64,000 nucleotides of DNA from NCBI GenBank assembly GCA_023435705.1, contig JAEYRH010000016.1, positions 490,890 through 554,889 of the forward strand, read 5' to 3'. This DNA is from Bacillota bacterium (GTDB lineage: Bacteria; Bacillota; Clostridia; Christensenellales; UMGS416). Of the stretch, positions 27,868-37,572 are shown in pieces (the stretch's first letter is position 1; each line of letters begins with the position of its first letter). A model generated the notes under the pieces. That model did no database searches, was not told the origin of the DNA, and saw nothing but the letters and a program-made list of their open reading frames with translations. A program made the position numbers and the translations under genes.

Positions 27868-29598
27868 TCACTGCGCCTCCTTACCGATCGCGCCGAAAGC
27901 GCACATCTGGATACACAGGCCGCAGCCGGTGCACAGCGTGGAATTGATCACAACGCCGCCGTCGACTGTTGCCTCGATGGCCGGGCAGCCGATCTTCAGG
28001 CAGGCTTTGCATTTGCGGCATTTCTCTTTATTGATGGCGCACAGACCTTGCTTGGGTTGGTTGGGCAGCAGAGCGCATGGCCGGCGGAAGATGATCACCG
28101 ACACGCCGTCGCGGGCAAGGGAATCCTTGAGAGCGGCATCCACGGCTTTCAAATCGAATGGATCCACCACTTTCAAGTCCTGCACACCAACGCTGCGGCA
28201 CAGACCTTCCAAATCGAGCACGGCGGCGTCGGAGCCTTTGAGCGTCTTGCCGGTGGCCGGATTGTGCTGGTGACCAGTCATACCAGTGGTGGAGTTATCC
28301 AGGATTGCCACAGTGATGTTGCTCTGGTTGTAAACGGCGTTGATCAAGCCCGTGATGCCCGAGTGGATGAACGTGGAATCGCCGATGGCGGCCACGAGCT
28401 TGGGCTGGCGGCCTTCTCTTGCCTTTTCAAACCCATGTGCCATGCCGATGGAGGCGCCCATGCACAGGCAGAGGTCGGTGGCATTGAGCGGCGCCAACGC
28501 GCCCAGCGTGTAGCAGCCGATGTCGCCGCTGACTGTAAGGCCCAGCTTTGAGAACGCATAGTATACGCCCCTGTGCGGGCAGCCGGGGCACATCACCGGC
28601 GGGCGGATGGGCAGGTCAGCTGCCTGTTGGGTGGCGGGCATGACACCCTTCAGTTTCTCGGCGATCATCTGCGCGCCAGGCTCGCCCTGCACGCCGAAGA
28701 GCTCCACACCGGTGCAGGGTATTCCTGCAGCCTTTAATGTGTCCTCAATGAAGGGTTCCAGATCTTCCACCACATAAAGCTTGCCATATTGGGCGGCGAA
28801 CTTGCGGATGGCTTCCACAGGCAGCGGATAGACCATTCCGATCTTGAACACATCGGCATCAGGGATGGCCTCAAGCACATACTGCGACACGATGCCGCAT
28901 GCTACGATGGCGATTTTGCCGCTGCCCTTGATCACACGGTGGATGGGCATGGCGTTGGTGGCTTCAGCCAGCCTGCGCATGCGGTCTTCCACAAAAAGAT
29001 GGCGTGCCTTTGCCATGGCGGGCATCATCACGCGTTTCTGCGCGTCCTTTTTGTATTCCTTCAGAGGCACATCCATGCGGTCATGCACCTCGACCAATGT
29101 GCGGGAATGGGCCACACGGGTGGTTAAGCGTACTAATACCGGAGTGTCATACTCCTCGCTCAATTCAAACGCCAGCTTCACATAATCCAGGCACTCCTGG
29201 CTATCGGATGGCTCCAGCATCGGAATCAATGACATGCGGGCGTAGAACCGGCTGTCCTGCTCATTCTGGCTGGAGTGCATGCCGGGATCGTCGGCAACCA
29301 TGATGACCAACCCGCCATTCACGCCGGTGTAGGCCGCGGTGAACATCGGGTCGGCTGCCACATTGAGGCCCACGTGTTTCATGCTCACGATGGCTCTGGC
29401 TCCGCCGGTACTGGCGCCCACGGCAACCTCCATGGCCACCTTTTCATTCGGCGACCACTCGGCGTATATCTCCTGATATTTGGCGATGTTCTCGGTGATC
29501 TCAGTGCTCGGTGTGCCAGGGTAGGCAGACGCGACCCTGCATCCCGCCTCCCACGCACCCCGCGCGATGGCCTCGTTGCCCAGCAGCAGTTGTTTCAC
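27868..29598 (-). CDS. iorA: Indolepyruvate ferredoxin oxidoreductase subunit alpha
   Basis: LLGNEAIARGAWEAG..., a TPP-binding GDSTF motif, and two C-terminal ferredoxin CxxCxxCxxxC motifs. GTG start 29598 with GAGGTG 5 nt upstream. Confidence 0.9.
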   Translation of the reverse strand: MKQLLLGNEAIARGAWEAGCRVASAYPGTPSTEITENIAKYQEIYAEWSPNEKVAMEVAVGASTGGARAIVSMKHVGLNVAADPMFTAAYTGVNGGLVIMVADDPGMHSSQNEQDSRFYARMSLIPMLEPSDSQECLDYVKLAFELSEEYDTPVLVRLTTRVAHSRTLVEVHDRMDVPLKEYKKDAQKRVMMPAMAKARHLFVEDRMRRLAEATNAMPIHRVIKGSGKIAIVACGIVSQYVLEAIPDADVFKIGMVYPLPVEAIRKFAAQYGKLYVVEDLEPFIEDTLKAAGIPCTGVELFGVQGEPGAQMIAEKLKGVMPATQQAADLPIRPPVMCPGCPHRGVYYAFSKLGLTVSGDIGCYTLGALAPLNATDLCLCMGASIGMAHGFEKAREGRQPKLVAAIGDSTFIHSGITGLINAVYNQSNITVAILDNSTTGMTGHQHNPATGKTLKGSDAAVLDLEGLCRSVGVQDLKVVDPFDLKAVDAALKDSLARDGVSVIIFRRPCALLPNQPKQGLCAINKEKCRKCKACLKIGCPAIEATVDGGVVINSTLCTGCGLCIQMCAFGAIGKEAQ

Positions 29599-29614
29599 AA
29601 TTTCACCTCAAGGT

Positions 29615-30913
29615 TCAATTTCTCAGATCAGTTACTCTCTTCGCCTTGCCCTCAAACCGCTTCAGCGTGAGCGGCTCCACCAGGCGCACCTTGGCGTCCA
29701 GCATCAGCATCGCATGAAGCTTGTTGCGGATGCGATCAGTCAGGCCCTCCAGCTCGCTATAGCGGTCCAGCAGAGATGCGTCAATCAGCTCCACCAGGAT
29801 CTCCATCGTGTCCAGATAGTTCTCCCGGCGCACGATGATCTCGTAGTTTGGGCCCACCTCCACCACGCTGTGCAGCACTTCCTCGATCTGCGTCGGGAAC
29901 ACATTGACACCGCGGATGATCAGCATGTCGTCGGAGCGGCCCTGCACCTTGGCCATGCGGATGAGCGTACGCCCGCACTTGCAGGGTGCTTCCTCCAGCC
30001 AGGTGATATCACGGGTGCGGTAGCGCAGGATCGGAAGGGCTTCTTTGGTCACGGCGGTGATCACCAGCTCGCCCTTTTCGCCCACCGGCAGCACTTCGCC
30101 GGTCTCGGGGTGGATGATCTCGGGGATAAAGTGATCCTCATTGACGTGCAGGCCGGCCTTTTCCACGCACTCGCCGGACACGCCAGGCCCGATGATTTCA
30201 GACAGCCCGTAGTTTTCCGTGGCCAGTATGTTAAGCTTGCGCTCGATGTCAGCGCGCATCTTTTCGCTGTGGCCCTCGCCGCCGAACAGGCCCACGCGGA
30301 GTTGCAAATCCCTATGGACATCCACGCCTAGCTTTTCCGCGGCTTCTGCGATATACATCGCATAGGAGGGGGTGCCCACCAGCACCGTGGTGCCAAAGTC
30401 GCGCATAAACATCAACTGCCGCTCTGTGTTACCGGCAGAGGCAGGAATCACCGTGCAGCCCACTTTTTCCAATCCATAGTGCAAGCCCAACGCGCCGGTG
30501 AACATACCATATCCGAAGGCAACCTGGGCCACATCGTCTTCCGTGACACCCGCCATGCAAATGAGCCTCGCCATATTGTCCGCCCACATGCCGAGGTCTT
30601 TCTTCGTATAACCGACCACTGTGGGTTTCCCGGTGGTGCCGGAGGAGGCATGCAGGCGCACTACCTTTTTCATCGGCGCTTGAAACATCCCAAAGGGATA
30701 AGTGTTTCTGAGGTCATCCTTCACGGTGAAGGGAATCAGCCTGAGATCCTCCAGCGATCGGATGTGCTTGGGCTTCAGGCCAATGGCATCAAATTTCTCG
30801 CGATATAGTGTTGAGTTTTCCCAGGCGTGATGCACCGCTTTTTTCAACCGTCTGAACTGCAGCTCGCGCATTTCTTCCCGTTGCAATGTCTCGACTTTGC
30901 GATCCCAAATCAT
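29615..30913 (-). CDS. paaK: Phenylacetate-CoA ligase family protein, second paralog
   Basis: [30 protein letters not shown]. Start at ATG 30913 (MIWDRKVETLQREEM) with GGGGAGG 7 nt upstream. Confidence 0.85.
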   Translation of the reverse strand: MIWDRKVETLQREEMRELQFRRLKKAVHHAWENSTLYREKFDAIGLKPKHIRSLEDLRLIPFTVKDDLRNTYPFGMFQAPMKKVVRLHASSGTTGKPTVVGYTKKDLGMWADNMARLICMAGVTEDDVAQVAFGYGMFTGALGLHYGLEKVGCTVIPASAGNTERQLMFMRDFGTTVLVGTPSYAMYIAEAAEKLGVDVHRDLQLRVGLFGGEGHSEKMRADIERKLNILATENYGLSEIIGPGVSGECVEKAGLHVNEDHFIPEIIHPETGEVLPVGEKGELVITAVTKEALPILRYRTRDITWLEEAPCKCGRTLIRMAKVQGRSDDMLIIRGVNVFPTQIEEVLHSVVEVGPNYEIIVRRENYLDTMEILVELIDASLLDRYSELEGLTDRIRNKLHAMLMLDAKVRLVEPLTLKRFEGKAKRVTDLRN

Positions 30914-31130
30914 CAAAATGCCTCCCCTCGCACGGGGTGCAAGCAAAAAAGAGCCTGCTCCTGCCATGCTGCCATACTACAAACGTCCGCAAGCCAATCA
31001 TCTCCGAACGTATGAAATTTATTATAAACCAATTTGCGGTATATGGGAACTGTAAAGAAACAAACAGCACAGTGCAGGAATAATATCTCCTGACATATCT
31101 CCATATTATGAAGAGGAGGGCTGGGATGTC

Positions 31131-31973
31131 ATGAATAGATACCGGCGGTTTATCATGTGCTTATCAGTAGGGGTGTTGCTGATTGCATCTCTTTTGTCAA
31201 CACAGTCTGAACTACCTGTGATCACAGACCGAAACAACGGTATCCCCCTCCCAATCCTGATGTATCATAGCATTGTGGAAAACCCCTCCTGCTGGAGCAC
31301 CTATGTGATCAGCCCCTCTGAACTGGAACGAGATTTGAATTTCCTGCAGGCAAATGGGTATCAGACCGTAACGGTGCGGGAGCTCATAAGCTATGTGGAC
31401 GGAAATGGGCAACTGCCAGACAAACCGATCTTGCTCACCTTTGACGACGGATACTACAACAATTACCTTTATGCTTATCCATTGCTGCAACAATACAGTA
31501 TGAAAGCCGTGCTATCGCCGGTGGGTCGCTACGCTGACCAATACAGTCTTTCAGAGGACTTCAATCCGGAATATGCCCACGCCACATGGGCCCAACTGAG
31601 GGAAATGAGCGACGCTGGCGTAATGGAGCTGCAAAACCATTCCTACAACATGCACACGATCACAAGCAACCGCACGGCAAGCACGAAGGTGAGCGGCGAA
31701 TCAGCGGAGCATTATCGCATAGCACTGGTGGCTGATGCCATCCGCATGCAGGCTTTGATGGACAGTCAAACTGGGAGGCTGCCGGAAGCATACACATACC
31801 CCTTTGGCCTAGTGAGCAATGAATCCATCTCAATCCTAAAAGAGATGGGGTTTCGTGCCACATTATCCTGCTCCACAGGGATCAACTATATTACCGATGA
31901 CCCAAAATGCCTTTTCTTGCTCAAGCGTTATCTTCGGCCCCATGGTAAGGCTGCATCCACCATACTGCCATAA
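31131..31973 (+). CDS. Polysaccharide deacetylase (NodB homology) family protein
   Basis: N-terminal TM/signal sequence, PILMYHSI..., and LLTFDDGYYNNY (the NodB TFDDG motif). Confidence 0.8.
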   Translation: MNRYRRFIMCLSVGVLLIASLLSTQSELPVITDRNNGIPLPILMYHSIVENPSCWSTYVISPSELERDLNFLQANGYQTVTVRELISYVDGNGQLPDKPILLTFDDGYYNNYLYAYPLLQQYSMKAVLSPVGRYADQYSLSEDFNPEYAHATWAQLREMSDAGVMELQNHSYNMHTITSNRTASTKVSGESAEHYRIALVADAIRMQALMDSQTGRLPEAYTYPFGLVSNESISILKEMGFRATLSCSTGINYITDDPKCLFLLKRYLRPHGKAASTILP

Positions 31974-31975
31974 AG

Positions 31976-32004
31976 AAACCCTCCGCCCATTGGGCAGAGG
32001 GTTT
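31976..32004. terminator. Bidirectional hairpin terminator between pda and spoIIP
   Basis: AAACCCTC CGCCCATTGGGCA GAGGGTTT, with an inner GCCCA/TGGGC pairing. Confidence 0.6.
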
Positions 32005-32011
32005 GCTCAGT

Positions 32012-33196
32012 TTACTTATCCTTGTCTCGGTGCTTTCCAACACCGGTAACTTCTTTAAAAAAGTTTCCGACTCGTTCTTTGCGCTGGCCTCTCACCGTGG
32101 CGATCAACAGGAAAATCAACCCAAGCCCGCCCACGACTCCCACGATCCAGGCGATGCTGGACGCTGAAGTACGCGCTGTGCCTTTCTGTTGTGCGCTCTG
32201 CTGTTTTGGCTGGGGGGAGGCCTGACCCTGCGCCTGCCCCTGCTGCCCTTGCGCTTTGCCCGGTGTTTGATTCTGGACTTGCGCGTTTTGCCCACCAGAC
32301 ACACCAAGATACTCGGCGATGACATCGGCGATGTAGTCAGTCGTTTTCAGTGCCTTATCTTTCTCAATGGTATGTGTCCCAATCTCAATGATCATTGAGT
32401 TTGGTGTCAGGTCCTGGTTGTAACTCCCCTTGCCGATGTAGATATCCTTGATCAAGCCCGGGTGGAGGTCGTCTCCGATCTTCTTGATCTTCTTAACTGT
32501 TTCCTCATTGGCTTGCTTGTTTTGGTTGCTACGGCCAAGCACAAACCTGCATTTCGAGATCTGATCTCCCTTGAGGTTTTCTTCATATTCCTTCGGGTCG
32601 GGGACACCATCTCTATGGATGTCCAGCAGCAAGTCAGGCCGCACCGATTCCATCAGATTCATTGCAGATGCTCGTGATCGCCGATAGGCGCCGGCGTCAT
32701 GAGGGTCATGAGGTGTGTCATCTACCACCGCTTCCACGCCCTTCTTCTTGAGCGCTTCTGTCAGCTGGTTCGCCACATCCAGGATTCCGCCCTTCTCCGG
32801 CTTGGCCTGAGTACCATCACCGGGCACGTAGCTTTCATCGGTGTGAGTGCAGTAAAGCGCAACTTTTTTTTGCCCTTGTTGTGCCGCTGTTCTTTTCAGC
32901 ATTGCACTATCGTAACCGCTCCACAACACCACATCTTCCAAATACTGGGCCACTGCGGTGCGGGCGGAATCATCCACCTGAACCATACGGTAACGTTTGT
33001 TGTCGCTGGAAATATATTCATCATCCACCGACACCTGCCCGGCATAGGTGAACAGAATCTGCCCATCCTGTGTGCTTACCGTGTAGTAACCACCGGGATC
33101 AAGATACCAATCGTCCGCCAAAGCAACCGGTGCTGAAGCAACCATCATCAGAAACGCAAGAATAAAAACAGATAGCCTCTTAATCATCGTCATCAT
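32012..33196 (-). CDS. spoIIP: Stage II sporulation protein P (SpoIIP amidase family) with Q-rich linker and C-terminal TM segment
   Basis: ALYCTHTDESYVPGDG...LLDIHRDGV...IIEIGTH SpoIIP motifs. AAGGAGGGG SD upstream of ATG 33196. Confidence 0.85.
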   Translation of the reverse strand: MMTMIKRLSVFILAFLMMVASAPVALADDWYLDPGGYYTVSTQDGQILFTYAGQVSVDDEYISSDNKRYRMVQVDDSARTAVAQYLEDVVLWSGYDSAMLKRTAAQQGQKKVALYCTHTDESYVPGDGTQAKPEKGGILDVANQLTEALKKKGVEAVVDDTPHDPHDAGAYRRSRASAMNLMESVRPDLLLDIHRDGVPDPKEYEENLKGDQISKCRFVLGRSNQNKQANEETVKKIKKIGDDLHPGLIKDIYIGKGSYNQDLTPNSMIIEIGTHTIEKDKALKTTDYIADVIAEYLGVSGGQNAQVQNQTPGKAQGQQGQAQGQASPQPKQQSAQQKGTARTSASSIAWIVGVVGGLGLIFLLIATVRGQRKERVGNFFKEVTGVGKHRDKDK

Positions 33197-33863
33197 GCGG
33201 CCCCTCCTTGGCATGCACAAACTCCCCCTCATCAAACTCCAAGCCGGCTTCCTTTTTGGCACTGCCGCCTTGCAGGCGCTCCCGGATTTCTCCAATCACT
33301 TCCGCCAACAACACGGCAGACACGCCTGATATGATCACCACATCCAGCGCGCCTGCCCCGCCAAGCCTTATCGGCGTGGTTGTGAGGCCATTGAACGAGT
33401 TGACGATGCCCTGTGTGATATCACCCAGCAGAACGCCCATGACACCACCGATGAAGGCGCTGCGCCGGGATCGCCCAAACAGGTATGCGATCAATCCTGC
33501 CGCCAAACCATAAAGATAGTTGATGTCAAAGGGCATTGACTCCGGCTCGTCGGGAAAAAGCCTGCCCAAGCCGAACACAGTAGCTGCCGCCAGCACCGAC
33601 GAAGCAATGGCGCGCCAGCGCTCCTTGGCAGTTCCAGCCTTGATAAACAGATAAACACAAAGCGCGAAGGGAACGAGCGCCCCGCCGATATTGAAGGAGA
33701 CCCGCCCCAACTGGATGTCCGGTATGATGCCGCCAATGAAAATCGCCGCCACAAACAGCAGCGCCTGACGGTCGGTGAGGCGCATGCGGTCCAACACCCG
33801 CTGTGCCACGCCAAACACGATCAACAACGAAACCACGATCAACAGAATATACCCGATGGGCAT
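33180..33863 (-). CDS. DUF1614 domain-containing membrane protein
   Basis: Polytopic membrane protein (MPIGYILLIVVSLLIVFGVAQRVLDRMRLTDRQA...). The family name is recalled from similar proteins. GGAGGTG SD upstream of ATG 33863. Confidence 0.6.
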   Translation of the reverse strand: MPIGYILLIVVSLLIVFGVAQRVLDRMRLTDRQALLFVAAIFIGGIIPDIQLGRVSFNIGGALVPFALCVYLFIKAGTAKERWRAIASSVLAAATVFGLGRLFPDEPESMPFDINYLYGLAAGLIAYLFGRSRRSAFIGGVMGVLLGDITQGIVNSFNGLTTTPIRLGGAGALDVVIISGVSAVLLAEVIGEIRERLQGGSAKKEAGLEFDEGEFVHAKEGPHDDDD

Positions 33864-34023
33864 GAAAAACACCTCCTGATTGCCTTTAGCTTGTCCGCAA
33901 ACGAGAAAAGCAGTGCAGGAACATTTTTCAAAGAATCAATTTGATTGTGCTTGACAAGATTTCAATCGAAGCAAAAATGCTGTATCATGACATTATGGCA
34001 AACATGTTGACGACGGAGGGATC

Positions 34024-34641
34024 ATGCCAGGGTACCATTTGACGCAGGCAGATGCCGAGGCGATGCTTCTGGAAGGCTATCAGACAAACCCCAGTGTGTG
34101 GATCGATCACTGCCGCAGGGTGGGTGAAGCGGCCCGAATCATCGCCAACCATTGCCCCGATCTGGATGAACAGAAAGCAGAAGTATTGGGGATGCTGCAT
34201 GATATCGGCCGAAGTGTAGGGCCGGTGGACATGCGCCACATTGTGGAAGGTTACCGGTTTGCGATGGCACGAGGGCTGCCGGATGTGGCCCGCATCAGCC
34301 TGACCCATTCCTTCGCGATCAAGGACACCCACACCTCCGCAGGCAATTGGGATTGCCCGGAGGAGGATGTGGCGATGGTGCAGGTTTATTTGGAGAGCAT
34401 CGAATATGACGACTATGACCGGTTGATACAGCTTTGCGACTACCTGGGCGATCCATGGGGGTTCTGCATACTGGAAAAGCGCATGGTGGATGTGACGCTG
34501 CGCCGGGGGTTCAACGAATACACGCTGGACAAATGGCGGGCAGCGTTCCAATTGAAGAAATATTTTGAGGACAAAATGGGGCAAAAGCTTTATCCGCTGC
34601 TGCCAGGGATTGAAGACTATGTGTTTAGGGGCAGGGAGTGA
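34024..34641 (+). CDS. HD domain-containing phosphohydrolase
   Basis: H...LGMLHDIGR is the HD motif. GGAGGG SD. Confidence 0.7.
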   Translation: MPGYHLTQADAEAMLLEGYQTNPSVWIDHCRRVGEAARIIANHCPDLDEQKAEVLGMLHDIGRSVGPVDMRHIVEGYRFAMARGLPDVARISLTHSFAIKDTHTSAGNWDCPEEDVAMVQVYLESIEYDDYDRLIQLCDYLGDPWGFCILEKRMVDVTLRRGFNEYTLDKWRAAFQLKKYFEDKMGQKLYPLLPGIEDYVFRGRE

Positions 34642-34661
34642 TCAAATAATCATTTTGATCA
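34639..34661. terminator. AT-rich hairpin (TGATCAAA/TTTGATCA) overlapping the HD-gene stop; possible terminator
   Basis: 8-bp stem with a 7-nt loop, followed by TATTATCTT. Confidence 0.3.
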
Positions 34662-34699
34662 TATTATCTTGAGGAACTTATCACCTTAAATGAATCAGA

Positions 34700-35410
34700 T
34701 CACTCGGAATCCTGCCCGGCAGCCGCCGAAAGAAAAGCCAGCACCAGAGGGTGTGGGCGCTCCTCAGTCGAGGTCAATTGGGGCACAAATAGCGTAGCAA
34801 CAAAGTAACGGTTCCCAGCCAATTCCAGGATTCGGGATTCTCCGTTTTCATCGGTTGCAGCCGTTTGTAAACCATGCACTTCAAGCAGTTTCTGATGGAT
34901 GGGGTTGAGTCCAAAGCTGCACAGGAAGCTTTCTGTGGAGCTCCGGCAACCATAGCATCGATATGAGAGTGTGCCCCGGCGGATTTGAATGGGCTGCGAA
35001 TGGCCAGCAAGCGAACAAGCCAGAGGCGTAACGAACAGGCTTATACCGGTCGGATCAATTTCAGCGTGTGCGGCATCCCGGATGCCCAGCACATTTCTGG
35101 CGAACTCGATCACCGCATGCTGGAAACCACCGCATGTGCCGATAAAAGGAATGTCATGCTCTCGTGCCTGGTGGATCGCGTCAAGTGCGCCCTGCATGCT
35201 TTGATAGGGGCTGCCGGGGGCGCACCACACACCGTCACAGGATCGAATGATTTTTGCGCCCTGGCCCTCCAATTGTTGCGTGTTCAACCACTGGATTTCA
35301 AGCTGCAAGCCCATTCTCTTTGCAGCATGGTGCAAGGCATTATCAGTGGCCAGGTGCGAAGCCCGTCCGTCATAATCGCCAATGATGCCAATCCGAACTG
35401 CCCTATCCAT
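34700..35410 (-). CDS. Stand-alone class-I glutamine amidotransferase-like protein related to the CTP synthase C-terminal domain
   Basis: RIGIIGDY...GVWCAPGSPY...IPFIGTCGGFQHAVIEFARNVLG closely resembles the PyrG GATase domain, including the nucleophile Cys elbow (GTCGGFQ). Confidence 0.7.
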   Translation of the reverse strand: MDRAVRIGIIGDYDGRASHLATDNALHHAAKRMGLQLEIQWLNTQQLEGQGAKIIRSCDGVWCAPGSPYQSMQGALDAIHQAREHDIPFIGTCGGFQHAVIEFARNVLGIRDAAHAEIDPTGISLFVTPLACSLAGHSQPIQIRRGTLSYRCYGCRSSTESFLCSFGLNPIHQKLLEVHGLQTAATDENGESRILELAGNRYFVATLFVPQLTSTEERPHPLVLAFLSAAAGQDSE

Positions 35411-35413
35411 CCT

Positions 35414-36691
35414 TCACCCCCGATTGCCCTGATCGCCAAAGCATCTTTCCAACAACCTCGCCGTACGGCCCTGTGTCAATTCCAGAATCTTTCGTTCATC
35501 AGTATCGCCGCAGAGGAATGCCTTCATCGCTCTTCCCTCCTCATAGCAAAGTTCATCGTGCAGCGGCCAATACTCGCGCAGCAGAAACATTGCGTAGCTG
35601 GCCATGCGGTAGGAACCGTGAATACGGGGATGCTCGCCGGGATAGTGCTCCTGCGCCGCGCTGTAGCCTGACTTCACCGCCTCAATGAGTTCGGCAAGCT
35701 CCAGGCTTTTTGAAAACACGACGGTAGAGACCCAATTGAACCAGTTGGCGTTCACCGTGCCGTGGGAGTCGCTGGAAGCCACGATGGGGATCACGCAGCC
35801 CTGCGCCCTTGCATCGTTATACATTGCCAGCTGCATATTGTTTTCCGGCACCGTCTGGCCGCCAAAAAGCTCGAAGGCGTCCAGCGGCATTGTTTTAAGG
35901 ATGTACCAAGTCATCGCATCGGGCACATGATAAGCGTTGGCAATCCAGTGGGGGTGGCAGAAAATGCCCATACCCCCGCACCCGCGGATTTTCTGTGACG
36001 ACCATATGCAAGCTGCGTATTCGAAACCATCCACCCCGGCTGGCAGCACGCCAATGTCTGCACGGAGGGTCTCTACCTCCGCCTCATATCGGGTCTGGTC
36101 ATTGAAAGCCAGGTCGTTCACGCTGAAGGAGCCACCGAAGTTCACAATGTGGATGTGGTTACCTGGGCTGTGGACCTCTTCACCGTGAAACACCCGGATA
36201 TCCACGGGCCGCCCGGCCCATGCCTGCACCGCCTCATCTGACGGATCCCACTGGCCATGGTCGGTCACTGCCATGAAGTCAAAGCCGGCCTTGCGGTAAT
36301 TGGCAACCATCACCGCTGGAGCTTCCTTGCCGTCAGACCGGCAGCTGTGGGCATGGAAATCGCCTTTATATGGCCGACGTTCAAATAGATCCGGCAGAAG
36401 TGAGTATACTGCTAGTGAAACAACTCGCTCTGTTTCATCCAGATCTGCAAACACTCGAACCACGTGCTCCCGCTCTCCGTCAAAGAAATGGCGGAACCTG
36501 AGCAACCCGCCGGCAGCCAGCATGCGATGGCTTTGCGGTTCCCCTACGGTCATTGGCAACACCTGCACCGAATAGAGCGCGCCATCATCAAATGCAGCGT
36601 GCGCACCCAACGGCCGGATCACAATTTCCGTTTCCTGGTCAGCGGGCAGTATTTTGGGGAATATCTCGTAATTGGTTAATTCCGTTATCAT
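35414..36691 (-). CDS. PHP-domain metallohydrolase (CehA/McbA-like)
   Basis: GDFHAHSCRSDG...AVTDHG...HGEEV...HIHIV...FCHPHW...ASSDSHG match PHP metal-ligand motifs. The stop is 4 nt from the downstream GATase-like start. Confidence 0.7.
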   Translation of the reverse strand: MITELTNYEIFPKILPADQETEIVIRPLGAHAAFDDGALYSVQVLPMTVGEPQSHRMLAAGGLLRFRHFFDGEREHVVRVFADLDETERVVSLAVYSLLPDLFERRPYKGDFHAHSCRSDGKEAPAVMVANYRKAGFDFMAVTDHGQWDPSDEAVQAWAGRPVDIRVFHGEEVHSPGNHIHIVNFGGSFSVNDLAFNDQTRYEAEVETLRADIGVLPAGVDGFEYAACIWSSQKIRGCGGMGIFCHPHWIANAYHVPDAMTWYILKTMPLDAFELFGGQTVPENNMQLAMYNDARAQGCVIPIVASSDSHGTVNANWFNWVSTVVFSKSLELAELIEAVKSGYSAAQEHYPGEHPRIHGSYRMASYAMFLLREYWPLHDELCYEEGRAMKAFLCGDTDERKILELTQGRTARLLERCFGDQGNRG

Positions 36692-36706
36692 CTGTTCCCC
36701 GATTTG

Positions 36707-37405
36707 TCATTGTACTGATTGCATATATTCATCCAGTGTGATGCCCTTCGTATAAATCTCTGTGGCGAGATCCACCCCCACATATCGGAAATGCCAGGGT
36801 TCATAACTGTAGCCAGTGATGTCTTCCTTGCCCTCCGGATAGCGCAGGATGAAACCGAACCGGTGTGCATTCTCCCGAAGCCAGATGCCCTCCGGCATCG
36901 TGCCCAACTGCTTTTCGTGGTCGTCATCCATGTGATCGATGTTGGTGATGTCCATTGCAAGACCGGTCTGGTGCTCGCTGTGGCCGGGCACCGCGATGAA
37001 TTGGTTGGCGTATTCCTCGCCTCTCGCCTTCTTCACGCTGTTGTAGGTGCCGGTCTGGTGCTCATAGGAGCGGTAACCGGAAATCATATAAAGGGTGTAG
37101 CCTTCCTCATCTCTCGCGGCGGCAAACATTTGTTCCAACGCCCGCGCCGCCTCTTTGCGCAGCATGCTTTCCCTCTTCTCAATTTCCCGCACGCCGGGCA
37201 CATCACAAAGGGAAAGATCGGGTGGCTCATAACCATCGGGCAACATATTTGCTTTGCTGACGAAAACGGCAATGCTTTCCGGATCATCCACCACCTGATT
37301 GCTGCCTTGCTCAGGCAAGACTTCAGCCAAGTAAAACACACCTCCCGCCATCACGAGGATTAGAAACAGCGCCAGTCCCCATTTTCTAGGTTTTTTCCTG
37401 CTCAT
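36707..37405 (-). CDS. M15B D-alanyl-D-alanine carboxypeptidase (VanY-type)
   Basis: N-terminal TM segment, then SGYRSYEHQ...GHSEHQTGLAMDI...EPWHFRYVG VanY zinc-ligand motifs. Start at ATG 37405 (MSRKKPRKW). Confidence 0.85.
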   Translation of the reverse strand: MSRKKPRKWGLALFLILVMAGGVFYLAEVLPEQGSNQVVDDPESIAVFVSKANMLPDGYEPPDLSLCDVPGVREIEKRESMLRKEAARALEQMFAAARDEEGYTLYMISGYRSYEHQTGTYNSVKKARGEEYANQFIAVPGHSEHQTGLAMDITNIDHMDDDHEKQLGTMPEGIWLRENAHRFGFILRYPEGKEDITGYSYEPWHFRYVGVDLATEIYTKGITLDEYMQSVQ

Positions 37406-37572
37406 CAGCCCATCCTGTCTTTCACGGAGCGTGTCTCGTGCGAATGTATGCCAGAATTTTATCATGTATGACAATATGATACCAAGTAAAGTTTTCATTC
37501 ATGGGTGCAGCGAACCCCCATCCCGAAGGATGGGGGTTCGAAAATGTTGAGTCGCCAACGAGACCTGTTGTG

